A stretch of 63,815 nucleotides of DNA, the filler included, from Lenisia limosa (Eukaryota; Protista; Breviatea), in the NCBI GenBank assembly GCA_001655205.1. It is 13 parts of 13 records of this genome, joined end to end, with 100 filler letters (N's around TTAATTAATTAA, not from the genome) between each part and the next. Parts side by side here need not be neighbours in the genome. Positions count along the whole stretch, not along the records: positions 36,810 to 43,835 come from LPNZ01002871.1; positions 43,936 to 45,422 come from LPNZ01006279.1; positions 45,523 to 50,595 come from LPNZ01005438.1; 10 more parts are not named here. The stretch is one strand, 5' to 3'. Position numbers and translations under genes: made by a program. Below the pieces are notes generated by a model. The model did not search any database. It was not told the DNA's origin and worked only from the letters and a program-made list of their open reading frames with translations. Of this stretch, positions 36,810-49,200 are shown piece by piece. How positions within the stretch are numbered: position 1 is the stretch's first letter; the number at the start of each line of letters is the position of its first letter.

Positions 36810-37670
36810 CCCAAGTCTCTGGAGAAACACCAAGACGCTTACGTTCTGCGATGACGTGGGGAATGAAGATGTAGAGAGCCCAGTATGTGAAGGACTCACA
36901 TGTCTAAAAATGGGTAAGTGTGTGTCTGATAATAGTAACATATTTGTCATGCATTAGTCCTTCAAAAAATGTGTGTATAATCAATATTCATCCATTATTG
37001 GTAAAATAATTCCATACAATTTCCACTTTTCTATCAAAAATATGTATTCATTCAATAAAAAGATAAAAAGTGATTTAAGATGATAGTTTGTATTATTCTC
37101 TCTTGCTTACTTGCCATCCTTTAGCAGTGGACTTGATGTGGGCGTCGTACCAATCAGTGATCTTCTTCTCTTCAGCAGCGGTCTTGTTGGAGAAGCACCA
37201 GTGGGGGAACATACTTGCCACTTGAGGAAAAAGGGAGAGGGGGGGGGTAAATGATGAAAAAAAAGGGTAAGGAGATGGAAATTAGAAAATATAAAGTCAC
37301 TTCACTTCCAAAAAAGTTACAGCTCCGTGAAGATGGGCTTGTTCCAATTTTTGGACTTTGTACAACGACTTTCTTAAAGATACCAGGTATTCATAGTACT
37401 CTTGGGGCTTTCATTCCTTACCACATTTATATTATTTCTTCGCTAAATCAAAAAGGACTGAACCACTTAAAAAACAACAGAGCCATTACTATTCCGTTGT
37501 CAGAGGCGAAATTCTGGGATTCACTACTGCGAAGCATTTGGTGGGTTCATTAATCAAGAACGTAAGTGAGGGGATCGAAGACGATCAGATACCGTCGTAG
37601 TTGCTGACTAGGGATCGGACGAGACGAACTTTGATTCCACCTGTTCGGCATCTCCAGCCCAGCTGAACTT
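36810..37670 (-). mobile_element. Spliced pogo/DDE_1-like transposase fragment (possibly disrupted or domesticated)
   Basis: Exons ~37110-37221 and 36810-36903 give AHIKSTAKGWQ|TCESFTYWALYIFIPHVIAERKRLGV (S..GW.T...F..W....F.P...R); GKYVPPLVLL lies just upstream in another frame; LVSNYD at ~37600 resembles the first catalytic N.DE motif. Frame continuity not resolved. Confidence 0.5.
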
Positions 37671-38539
37671 CTGGGGGTTCAGGGTGAATAAAGTTCAAAG
37701 TGCAATATAGGGGGGAAAATAAGTTCGTACTTGGTAAAATTTTGTACTGGGATTTTTCAAATTGGTAGGTAAAGATCATGAAAGGTTATTGCAATCTATG
37801 CGGAGAGACCAAAAAAATAAAAAAAAATATTGTTTTCTTATCAGTTTTCACTTTGTTTTTTCGACAATTGGAATATTGAATGGGAAAAGCTCACTATCAG
37901 CGTTTCAACAAAAACTGATTCCCATTTTATGCACCTTGCCCCATTTTATTACAAATCATATGACTACAGTGACCGGGATAAGTCTTGGCCTGCTCTGCCC
38001 TTGTCAACATTGCGTCTACTTTTACCAAAAAGCTAAAACAACCTTAATATTATTTAACTTGTCATCCAGTTTCCTCACAATTCTTTTTTTTTTGAGGCTT
38101 CAATCTGTTCTTTACTAACACCCTTATAGAGCAAATAATATTGGATTTGTTCCAAGAATTATTGGTGAACTACCTAATCTCAGAGATTTACATTTGTCAT
38201 ACAACGGAAATCTGGATAAGTTACCTGATGAAATTCAAAACTGCAGAGTTTGAGGGAGACGTGTATTTTTACATTTACACAGTGATGCCATTGTTAGAGG
38301 TTTGGGAGAAGGTCGATACAGTCTCTTCAATAATTGAAATAATGTTTTTTTTGGATTTGATAAAACACTTTTTCACTTGATACCTTTCTTTATCTACAGT
38401 ATTTTTTAAATTCAAAATTAAGGTTCAGTCGTTGTTTTATTTTGGGAAATTAAGTGGAACTGTGATGACCCTTCGGAAGTATTCCAGGTAGCTTTTGATA
38501 TGAAACAGCTCAAACAATTGAAAATTAAAAATGTATAAA

Positions 38540-39190
38540 AATGTCCTGAAATGTGCCTGACCGAGGCTATATGAAGTCAAGATTGCAAAACACAAAAAAT
38601 ATAGGTGAAGGTACATAATTGTGTCCAGTCATAATGTGTCCACTTTTTCATTCTTAGAATTTTTTGCTTTAAAAACCCTTTGTATGAATAATTGTAGATA
38701 AATATTCATGAGTTGATGTAATAAATTATTTTGGGCTGAGGCCTGCTTCCACGATGTCATTTTTTGACTTCTAAATTGTGATAATAAAGGAAAGTAATTA
38801 CTGTTGCATGTTTACTCTTGCCTCAAAACACTCTTTTTCTTGACTCCTAACGTTGTGAGCTTTTGGGCTTCTAAATGTTGTTAGAGAAGAAGAAAGAATA
38901 GTGATTCTAAGGAACAGTTCTCCCCTCTTTTTTAATTTTTTAATTTAACCAGCATACTTTTTCAGGAAGCTTGTGAAAGCAGTACCCCTTTTTAAAAAAG
39001 ATTTCGAGTATTTTAACTGTAAATTGTCCTTTTCAAAATTAGTTTATTTATGTGCAAGTTTCAAATACTTGCGCCCAGTCAAAAATACGGAAAATTTTAA
39101 AAGTGGACACAATTATGTACCTTCACCTATATAAAGTAGAAGCCAAAAACGTCCAAAATTGGAACAGCCTTGGATGTCGGGAAGAACTAA
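38540..39190. mobile_element. Non-autonomous inverted-repeat element (family 4)
   Basis: Perfect 28-bp inverted repeat TATAGGTGAAGGTACATAATTGTGTCCA at 38600-38627 and 39104-39131; outer parts homologous to 9940-10140. Boundaries approximate. Confidence 0.65.
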
Positions 39191-40110
39191 TCAAAACTAC
39201 TAAAGGGTGAGAGTAATTACCCTTTTAATAACTGTTTATTACAAGAACTTTTTTATACGAGCTCATGGGTACGCTTGAGATCACCAGCCAGAATGCAAGT
39301 GTAAAGCTAACCCACAGAAGGAAGTATCAGCGGCCTTGGCCAATGCACACGGAGCTTGTGGTTGTTCTTAAAGTGGTTGAGGATCAACAAAATAATCCAA
39401 TCACAATGTATAATAGCAGACAAGCCGATGTGTTGGATGTGCACTTGTCTGCTGTTAACATGTAGGTTTTGATGAAGCCAAGGAGTAATTGGGTCACAAT
39501 ATTATATCCACTAAGGGATTCTGCTTTCTCTTTATGAAGCTCCCAGGCTTTGCCAAGTCGCAGTTACGCATTTATGGTGGTTGTGGGGTCTCGGGGGGGG
39601 GGGGCACTTAATTGNNNNNNNNNNNNNNNNNNNNNNNNNNNNNNNNNNNNNNNNNNNNNNNNNNNNNNNNNNNNNNNNNNNNNNNNNNNNNNNNNCTGTC
39701 TTTTTTTTTTTCTTTTTTTTGACTAGCCCAGTGAAGCATTATTCTGAAAATCTGCAAATTCAAGAGTTATTTAAATTTTTCATTGGATGAGGGTGGTATC
39801 ATCAGCATACCAACAACAGCATACTCGTTTTCTCCGGGGATTTTGTTAACGGAGTGAAATTGCGATAGACTTCATAGAGGAGCAATCAAAGGCTTTAAAC
39901 CAGTCAAGAGTGGCAGTGTAGATAATGAATGTTAATTTGTAACAAATTAACATTCATTATCTGAAATCAGGTAAGAGACTTCCAGTAACAGATTAACATT
40001 CATTAGCCGCTTTAATGATGTCTGAGAAATTACGGTGCCTTCCCTCTCAAAACCAACAAAGGTGAAGGTGAATCTTTTGAATGTTGCATCTAAATGTGAG
40101 CTCAGTTTTG

Positions 40111-43100
40111 TCAGCAAAGAGACCCACTGGCCCTGCTATTTGATAATTCGTTGGCATAGGGTGGGTCCTTGAGCTTGCTGCTCCTGCGCTTCTTAACCAT
40201 GAACACAGCAGCCACACCAATTATTGCGGTACTGCCAAGCTGAATGGGTCAGAACAGTCTTGCTATTATCAAGTGATAGAAACAGCGCGAAACAGTCTGC
40301 AAATGATTACTAAGAGAAGAGGTGTTCTTGAGGTGACTGAACCTGCAACACTGACAATTCCTGATGACGAACCTGGCCAAGTTAAGGAGGGAACACTTGG
40401 TCAAGTCATATTGATTTCCCACTATCTTGCAGATCATCAGTAGTAGCACTTTCATCAGGAGGGCGAATGGGAACTTCGGGGTAATCCCAAATGAGAGGAG
40501 TGAGTTCATCCTGATAGAAGCAGCTTGTTGAGTGACCGCAGTTGGTGACCACCTCAATTGTAAGAGAATGTTATAAATCGTTGATTAATATATCATATCT
40601 AAATCCAATATTCTTGTGAAAAAAGCACGTCACAGTCAAAAGTGTCCGGGAAGTCCCACGTTTCCTGATTGGCTTTGGTAAGTGCCTAAAAATGAGTAAG
40701 TTGCAGAAATGAATAAATACTATTACAAAGACAGTACATGGTATGATTTGTTAAACAAAAGAGAAACCCAAGGAAACTAGCACGAGCCAGAGGGATTGGA
40801 GCACATTAAAGCCCATCAAGATAGTCTGATGCCACTTGATCCGTTGTCCTATGAAGTCAAAAGCAACTGCAATTGGCTAATTTCTACTCGAAAATTGAAA
40901 ACAGGGAACGCCCACAGGTCCCAAAGTCTTGGCCCCCATCACATTCATGACTTTGACCAACCTCTGCAATTTACGAGGTCCACAAACTTGTCAGTCCTGC
41001 TTGTGACCAACGAGAAAAGATCTACCAGTAGAACCGACCTGTAAAAGTTGTTCAAGTTGAATAGCTTGACACCAAAAGAAGTTTGAATGCCGGTTCATCA
41101 ACTCCCCCAACTGCACTCTTGACTCTTAAGTATCACCAGAAGCCAGAACTTTGGCTACTATGGGACTATTTTCCATTTCCTTGGAGACCTATTACAACTG
41201 TTGCTTCCTTCTCCCTTCCCTGAAATCACAGAGAGGTGTGACAGACTGAGACTGGGTAGCCAGTACTCACTTAGCTACGACTGGGGGTCCACGAGCATCT
41301 TGCGTGTTTCGGGGGAGGGGGGCGCCAAGGAGCGTGGGCTGATAATTTGTCTTTATGGTATCCCTGTTGAAATATTTGTTTGCTTAGATTGTTAATATAT
41401 GTTCAAAAAAAAAAAACACGCGCCTTCATGGACAAACTGAAATTAATTTGGGTTATTTTGGGGGCTTTTGTCCGGATTTTAGCTTTCCTGAGAATAAAAC
41501 ACAATTTAGCTGAAGTGTGGTTAACAGCACTGTTCTTCAAGATATGGAAAATAGCCCGAAAATACAGTCGAAAATTGAACTTTGTGACCTCCAACCAACC
41601 AAGACATACGCCAAATCCTCATTAACGATAGCTAAAGACGAAGGAAATGGGAGCAAGTATTAATAAAACCCAGGCCTCCGCCTGTGTCATCAGGGCTTGA
41701 GCCAGCGTCAAAAAACGAATGGCATATTCATAACGAAGAGAAAGTTGAAGCCTGTTTCACCTTAACGCATGCACATAACCTTAAACTGGATCAGTCCAAA
41801 AATCAAAGATCAAGCAAGAGAAGATACCTCACCTATGGGTCTAAAAAATGATCAGAAGGAAATAAAAATAAAACGAGTTGAAACACCTCCTCTTAATCAT
41901 AAAATGAAATAAAAGACAAGTGTTCGAGAGAGAGTCACCAATGAAGGAGAAATGATTGGCCGAACATAGCACGTACATATACCCCCGCAAACAAGAGTCT
42001 GAAAACCCCCCCCCCCCNNNNNNNNNNNNNNNNNNNNNNNNNNNNNNNNNNNNNNNNNNNNNNNNNNNNNNNNNNNNNNNNNNNNNNNNNNNNNNNNNNN
42101 NNNNNNNNNNTGGTACACATCACAGCATCTATATCTGTCACTGGAGATACATCAATACGGTTTTGGCAAGTTAACAAATCCGATAAAAGGCTTCAATATT
42201 TCTATAAATTTCCGAAGAGATGACCTGGGAAAAACACAGTTAAATAAATCAAATAAGTGTTGAAATCAGAAGTATTAAGGGGAATGACCATGTACTTCTA
42301 AGCAAAAACAAGACAGCCTCAAAACAGCTCTCGCCAAACTAGAATCCACTTTTTAAACAATAATATCATATCAGCTTGCAGATCAAAATAACATTTTAAG
42401 AAATCAGATATGGCCTTTTAGATCCCTCCCACCAACAGATGTTTTTTTTTTGCCGTAAAGTTTCAACGTCTCTATTGAAACTAGGATCATAGAGATCCGG
42501 CTGTTAAGAACCCTCTATGAAACCAATCTCTTGCAAACTACATATTCCTATCTTGGAAAGAGCACACAACATCTGGACAACCCGCTGCGCCAAAATTTAT
42601 CTCCTCAAAATTTGCACTGATCACATGGAAAGCCAAAACATGCAATTTTATTGTATGGAATATGGAGACAAAAAAACAATAAAAAAAATACATTCCTATT
42701 GGCTCACAACAACAGCCGCTTTATCATAAATTTGATAAAGACCTCTATCCTCCCCACTTCGGGGATTCAGTATTCCGAATAATTACTTCCCCTCTCTCTG
42801 ACAAGTGTCGTTGGTGCTCGGTTTTGCATAGGTTTTCGTTAATACCTTTTTATTTGTTCACTCTTTTGGCTTGTTTAGTGATTGAATTTCATCCTCACCT
42901 TCCCACAAACTATGCAAATGGAACAACTTAGGCGGTACTTCAATTTGTGACGTCACCTCTTCCCTTGGTGTGACGGTCTGTTGCTTTATTTTACGGTTTT
43001 CGGTGGTTACGATGAATAACTCTTTCTGGAATGGATCTCCATCAACCCCATCTGTCTGTTGCTCCGCAACTCTGACCCCACCTCGAGGACAGCATCAACT

Positions 43101-43835
43101 TCAACTTTCTCACACTCTCAAAACCGCAAAAAGTGAAAGAACCGTAGTTGACTTGTTTAATTGACTCCCTTCAGACAATAAGACGAGTGTTCATGATATC
43201 CCCCCTCCGACTTCGGATGACACTCTACCCCGCTTCTTCCTTTGTTAGTCAGGTGTTTGATGTGGTCATATTCATGTTTTATTTTTGTTAATAACAGTCA
43301 GGAAAAACGAAATGGGTACCATGGGTTGCCACAAGACCCCCGAGGGATGTTGGCTCTCTGGCTCTTGACAACTTCATCATCCTTGACAGCCCAGATGTAA
43401 CTCACGTAAGTGGGATTAATATTATTTTGTAACATAATCGTCTTGGTTACAATTATAGAAACTGAAGAACAGAGACGAAAGGAGGGCAGAGGCCGAATTT
43501 ATGAAGAAAGTTTTTCCAGACTGAACAGTTATTTCCCTCACTTTCTCTTTTTGGTATTTTATTTGGTGTCTATTTGTATTACTGTTTCTGGAATGTATTA
43601 TATGTGGTGAGGGTGAAATTTATTCACTAAACAAGCCAAAAGAGCGAAAATGCAATAGAATGTGTCAACGAAAACCTATTCAAACCAATCACGAACAGCA
43701 CTCATCAGAGGAGCGGGATAGGAGATCTTGACAGAAGTCCGAGGGCTTCACTAAGGGTGTGATAGATGACAAACAGTGTCTCCTTGTCAGTCCAGTTGTG
43801 GTCAGGGTCGACAAGGTCGGTATGGTTACGACACC
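40111..43835 (-). CDS. Putative type I membrane protein, spliced, unrecognised
   Basis: Coding-like exons (IWAVKDDEVVKSQRANIP; IEVVTNCGHSTSCFYQDELTPLIWDYPE) followed by GIVSVAGS|LGSTAIIGVAAVFMV-KKRR and a short tail; exon chain only partly assembled. Confidence 0.4.
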
Positions 43836-44559
43836 NNNNNNNNNNNNNNNNNNNNNNNNNNNNNNNNNNNNNNNNNNNNTTAATTAATTAANNNNNNNNN
43901 NNNNNNNNNNNNNNNNNNNNNNNNNNNNNNNNNNNCTGTTAATGCGCAAACAATCAAGAGAAGAATTAAACAAGATGATCCCAAACAGAGAGGTTTAATC
44001 ACTCTGGCAAGGAAACTGATTGCTGAGGAAAAACCTCCGACTTCCCTTGATGGCAATCGACAGAGAGCTACGGTTGGGGGGGGGGGGTTGTTTATAGTTC
44101 TATTCAAAAAATAATTATACTTTTGTTATTTTTATTCACGATCTTAATTTTCTGGTTAATATATTTAGCCTGAAAATGTACTCCAAACCGCGCGCCTTTT
44201 CAACGGTGCTAAACGAATCTGGGCACAGTGTAAAAATGCAGCTAAAGTGTCAAAGTCCAAGAATATGATAAGGCTGGAGTTAAGGCCTTCCATGTCTCTC
44301 TTACAATTGAGTATCTTATTTCTCGAATTGTAGAAGCTTCTAGGTACACAATGGATCAAGAGTATGAAAAGGGTAGGTTTCTCTTGTACACACACTGACA
44401 CTCCCAGCATTCGAATCTCTCAACGCACCTCTCAACTCATTTTGGGTTGTTATAATTATCCTTTTCATTTCTTCCTTTACTTTTGACAAAATAGCACATT
44501 GAAGAGAAGGACTCGAAGAAGGNNNNNNNNNNTATTTCTTCCTTTACTTTTGACAAAAT

Positions 44560-45272
44560 AGCACATTGAAGAGAAGGACTCGAAGAAGGGTTATGTCGAG
44601 ATTGAAGCTGCCGTCGACTTGTTGAAAGAGGTCACTCCAAAGCTTCCCGTACCCCCCAGTCGGATTCTTTTCGGTGATGAAATTGCGTGGATGAAATCAT
44701 ACTGGGAGGGAGTCAAAGGGGATCCAATGGCTTCGGCTTTAACCCTGAGTACACTTGAAGGACAGCTGATGGAGTCTTCAATCGTAATTGGAGGTGAACA
44801 GATCTATAAAGTGGCAACTTCGCAAGCTGATGCCAAGAAGAGGAAAGAAGGAAAGAAGGATAAGACCCCTCAGGTCGAATGGTGGGGTGCAGCATTAGAC
44901 CCGCAGCAAGTCCTGCAGCCACTCCTTGGCAGTAATCCAGATCTCCAGAACTCATGTCCACCTCCTCAGCTTCAATGGTCTCCCTTAACCGACTAGACGC
45001 CTGTTGTGCAAGCGCCTGGGCAAAGAACATTCATGTTCACATCTGAGAACAAATGGATACAGTAAGATTTGGTTGGTAAGGGGTAGCCCTCTTTGGGTAG
45101 GGGTCTGAAAGTGGACCCCTTCTCATAAATACTGGTATCAGTATCAATAAGAAGAGGGTCATACCCATCAACGGTGTAGCCACACGACTGGAGTGATGCA
45201 CGGATGACAGCATGTGTTGGTTCTCGGAGAGCTTTGGCAGCAATTTCAGTGAGTTCAGCCGCAGTCATGATC
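44560..45272 (-). pseudogene. Unknown family X, copy C (two frameshifts, internal deletion)
   Basis: AAELTEIAAKALREPTHAVIRASLQSCGYTVDGYDPLLIDTDTSIYEKGSTFRPLPKEGYPLPTKSYCIHLFSDVNMN / DMSSGDLDYCQGVAAGL...SYPSFLLSSSWHQLAKLPLYR / PITIED...PLTPSQ; splice acceptor at 45273. Confidence 0.72.
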
Positions 45273-45835
45273 CTATAAAAATGAGATATCATATTCAGGC
45301 CCAGTTCTAATAAAAAGCTGCTGGATTCCCTTTTTTTTTTTTTTATCATATCTTTGATAAAACTTGAAGATTTTGGTAATAGTTAAGAGCAACTATAAAA
45401 ATAGAATGTGACTGGATAAAATNNNNNNNNNNNNNNNNNNNNNNNNNNNNNNNNNNNNNNNNNNNNTTAATTAATTAANNNNNNNNNNNNNNNNNNNNNN
45501 NNNNNNNNNNNNNNNNNNNNNNTAATCCCTACATCAACCTGCGGTGACGCTCATGTTATAGCACTTATTCTTGTCGAAAAGTCAATCAAGGAAACATTTG
45601 AGTATGAGTGACAAAGTACCATAACATACGATATAATGGGGTAACATAAGATAAGTGATTAAAACTATTTGTGTGATCTTCTAAAATTACTTATCAACAT
45701 AATTACATCCTGCGTCTTACCATCCTTGGGCATCTAACTTGTTATGAGGGGATGTAAATGGCTTGAATAATGTTCATTATATCAGTTTGAAGAAAGAGTG
45801 AAAGGGGGAAAGATACATACCAGCACAGAATATTA

Positions 45836-46250
45836 GTGAAATACAACTTTTCAACGAAACCTATCATTACTATTAGCAAAGGGGCGGGAAGAGACGCAAT
45901 CCTTGCAGCTTTGGCATCTCCATATAATTACAGGTTTAAATCTACAGATATTGTTGAAAATTTCTTTTCCTACTTAAAAACAATTGCTGGAACACCAACT
46001 CTTCATGAATTTTTAATACCTTCCCAGTATATTAAGAACATTCTATATACAAGTTTTGCCCGATAAAGAGTTTCATTTTTATAATCATGATGACCTTGAT
46101 GCAACACCATTAGTTCTTCAGTACGACAAAGACACCAAAGAAGCCTATCATAAAACAAAAGAAAAGAGTCTCCAAAAGTCATCCCCCATGTTGGCAAACT
46201 CAGCACGCGGTTGGAATAGGTTAACAAAGGAGCCTCTTCAGATGAAATAG
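45836..46250 (+). pseudogene. Possible distant family X copy D (frameshifted)
   Basis: AILAALASPYNYRFKSTDIV and FLIPSQYIKNILYTS weakly parallel AVIRASLQSCGYTVDGYDP and YPLPTKSYCIHLFSD; frameshift near 46060. Confidence 0.35.
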
Positions 46251-49200
46251 ATTTTGATATTTTCTACTTTATCATGTTCAAATTGGGTAGATTTTTTCAA
46301 CACCATTTTTTTTTTTATATTTAACATTTCTTTTTTGGAGCTCGTTCTACTTTTTTATTTTATTTNNNNNNNNNNNNNNNNNNNNNNNNNNNNNNNNNNN
46401 NNNNNNNNNNNNNNNNNNNNNNNNNNNNNNNNNNNNNNNNNNTATTTTCTGTAAATGTATTGATGTGGTGGTTTTTTTAACCTAGGCGGCTGTCAAATAT
46501 ACCTGTGGTTATTGCTTTCATTAAAATAATAATTAAATAATTATAAACAAAAAAAACACCAGCCAGTGAGGCCTACTAGGTAGGGGGTTTTGACGAATCA
46601 AATGAAGGGATAAATTCCCATGCCTTTCAAATTGTTTCTTTTTTATCAGTGGTATTATATATTATATATCGATATCATATTATATATCACTTATTGTCAT
46701 TTGGTGTTGATTCATAAGATTCACATATCAAACATGTATTTCACACTACTTGGGACCTTATTTGCAGTCTTCTACAAAATTAAAATTGAGAAACATATGT
46801 TAGTACAATATCAATCAATAACCACAAACCGGGTGGTGTCAATAAGCTGATATGTCTTTGCTTCCCTAAGATTATAAATAAAAAGGTAGCCTTAAACTTA
46901 TTTCGCCGATCATGGTGGAGAGCGGAGGGGGGTATTTGGGGAAGTGAACTTCACCTTAAACAGTAAAAAAACTTCAATGAAAAAAACAGAAGACAAACCT
47001 TGGGGCTTATGTGGCCATCTCCTGACCATAGCTGACCTTTTGACCATTTCTGAAAGTAGATAAAAAGTGGGCTTAAAATAATCAAGTAATGAAGAGATGA
47101 TAGCGAACTCACTAGGGAGTGGGAGAGGTGGAGATGGCGTTGGTCGTGGGGAACATAGGGAATATAAGGTTCTAAATAATTAAGAACATCCCACAAACTA
47201 GGCATTTTGGGAGGTGGTTTGGAAGGGGGGTGAGTGTTTTCTGAAAAGTTAAGAAAAAAACAGATCTATTTATATTCACAAACAGCGCATTGTAGGAGGT
47301 TTAATTGGAGAAGGGGGATTGGGATCCTTTAATGGAGAAGGGGCAGGAGCCTTAATAGGGGAAGCGGGTGAGCTACATAGATAAGCATTAGTAATAAATG
47401 TAGTATTCATAGCGCCTACCAGTAACAACCCCGTGTGTAATGGTAACAAAGAATTAATAGATTGTCTTGACAGACGACATCTAGAGATGGTTTCGAGTTC
47501 TTCAGCTTCAGCTGCAGATCAGAGGAGAGGATATCGAGAGAAAAAGGAAATTAGAGCAATAGGTTCCATCCAGCGCAATTATTGTCTATTCGTTAATTGA
47601 ATACAATTTGTAACCAAGAAGCGACATAAATGCCTCAAAGGGAAGGGAAACGTGGTCAAGCTAAGTGTGTAAGCTACCTTCTCTGTTGCAGCTGCTATAA
47701 ACAATATGCATTAACGTAATTATTAATAAAATCAACCACAAGAATGCTCACTGAAGGTTCCCTGTGTCATCAACTTCTCACATTAGCCAGCCTATATCTC
47801 ATACTTCAAAAGTAATTAATTCTGATACTGACTATTTAAAAACTTCTAGAATATAACTCACTTTTTTTTGAAGCCGGGGGAATAGTTATTAAAAACAAAA
47901 GGTCGAATTGCCCAAATAAGGCCAAAAAAGGGGAAAAAAACGGGAGAAGAAAAAAAGGGTGAACCACCCTGGAAATTTTCAGGGTGGTTACCATGGAGGT
48001 AAAGTAATTTCGTAAACGGGGATCCGAGGTAATTGACTAGATGTTGAAATAGGCGGCTTTTTTTTACCGTGAACTTATGATTTTTCACGACAACTCTCGT
48101 GAGAACTTAAATTTACCAAGTTTCTTTTCTCTAAATATTACCGCAAAACATAAGCAATATTTTTAAATATGCAAAATCTAACATTAAGGGTTTTTATATT
48201 TATATTTATCTACACCTATGAAAGTGCTCACCTAAGTCTTCAACCTTGGGTTCTCAAATGTTCTCATCTAAGAGTCCTTCAATTTGGTATTTTCTTGCCT
48301 TGATGTAGAGTAGACTACCGTTACCTTTTGCCTCTTCTTGCCAGTAGCCTAATTCAAGAAAAAATTGCTCCCCCAGGATCTCTACTCTACACCCCATGGG
48401 TTCACGCACGTTCACCCCCCCCCCCATGGGATTCTTAGTGGGGTCGCTCCGAAGGAAATGTCAGAAATCGGTTAGGAAACAGGATGGATACTTTATTAAA
48501 GCGGGAGTCCAATTGAATTGCACAAATAATGTTATTTGGAATTTTGCACGCTTTTCCATGTAAGATTGCAAGAAATGTGCACTTTTCTGAGTCAACTCCA
48601 AGAGAATTGGAAAGCATTAATATTTTGTCGTATTAACCTTTCCTGAAATATTGGTCAAATCGTATAGTTTTCAAGTCTACAATCACCCATAGAAAGTGCT
48701 AAATTCCATTAATTTAGATAATGATTTCTCAAAATGGTGTAAAACAGAGACATTACTGTGCCCTATAAAGGAATTCAGCTTATAATCTCACGAAAATGAT
48801 TGAACTCAAAATGATACATTTGTCCACCCCAGACCCCAAATCGTATAAACTAGGTTACTAGAAGGTCCTTTCTTATATAACTACTCTTTACTCGAAGAAT
48901 TTGAAATTCTGAAAAGAAAGGTTGGTTTTTGTTCTGTTGAATGCTGCCTGGGGAGGTTCGAATTTGCACTTCAAAATCCATTCCTCCATCACATTTTGCA
49001 ATGACATTTGTGAGCATTACATAGAGTGATGCAGTTTCGTGTCAGTTTCTTATTGTTATTGCATTAAGAAAATACACAAGCATATCGATTCTTGCACCCC
49101 CGTCAAGTCTTAATCTTCAAATTTCTGAGTGTTGGTTATTGTGAGACAATTTGAAAAACACTTGAGATTTTGAAGCTAAACTAACACATCTCACGCAATA

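Noticed and set aside
37110-37670. NYDVASMFP as a family-B DNA polymerase motif A (Polinton-like)
   Set aside because: Depends on one optional splice, no other PolB motifs are nearby, and the downstream sequence fits DDE_1 better.
44467-44589. ~56-bp direct duplication
   Set aside because: The two copies flank a 10-N gap exactly, typical of an unmerged contig overlap.
44562-44996. 145-codon plus-strand ORF overlapping family X copy C
   Set aside because: The minus strand carries the cross-copy homology; no counterpart of the plus ORF was seen in other copies, so it is treated as an incidental antisense frame.
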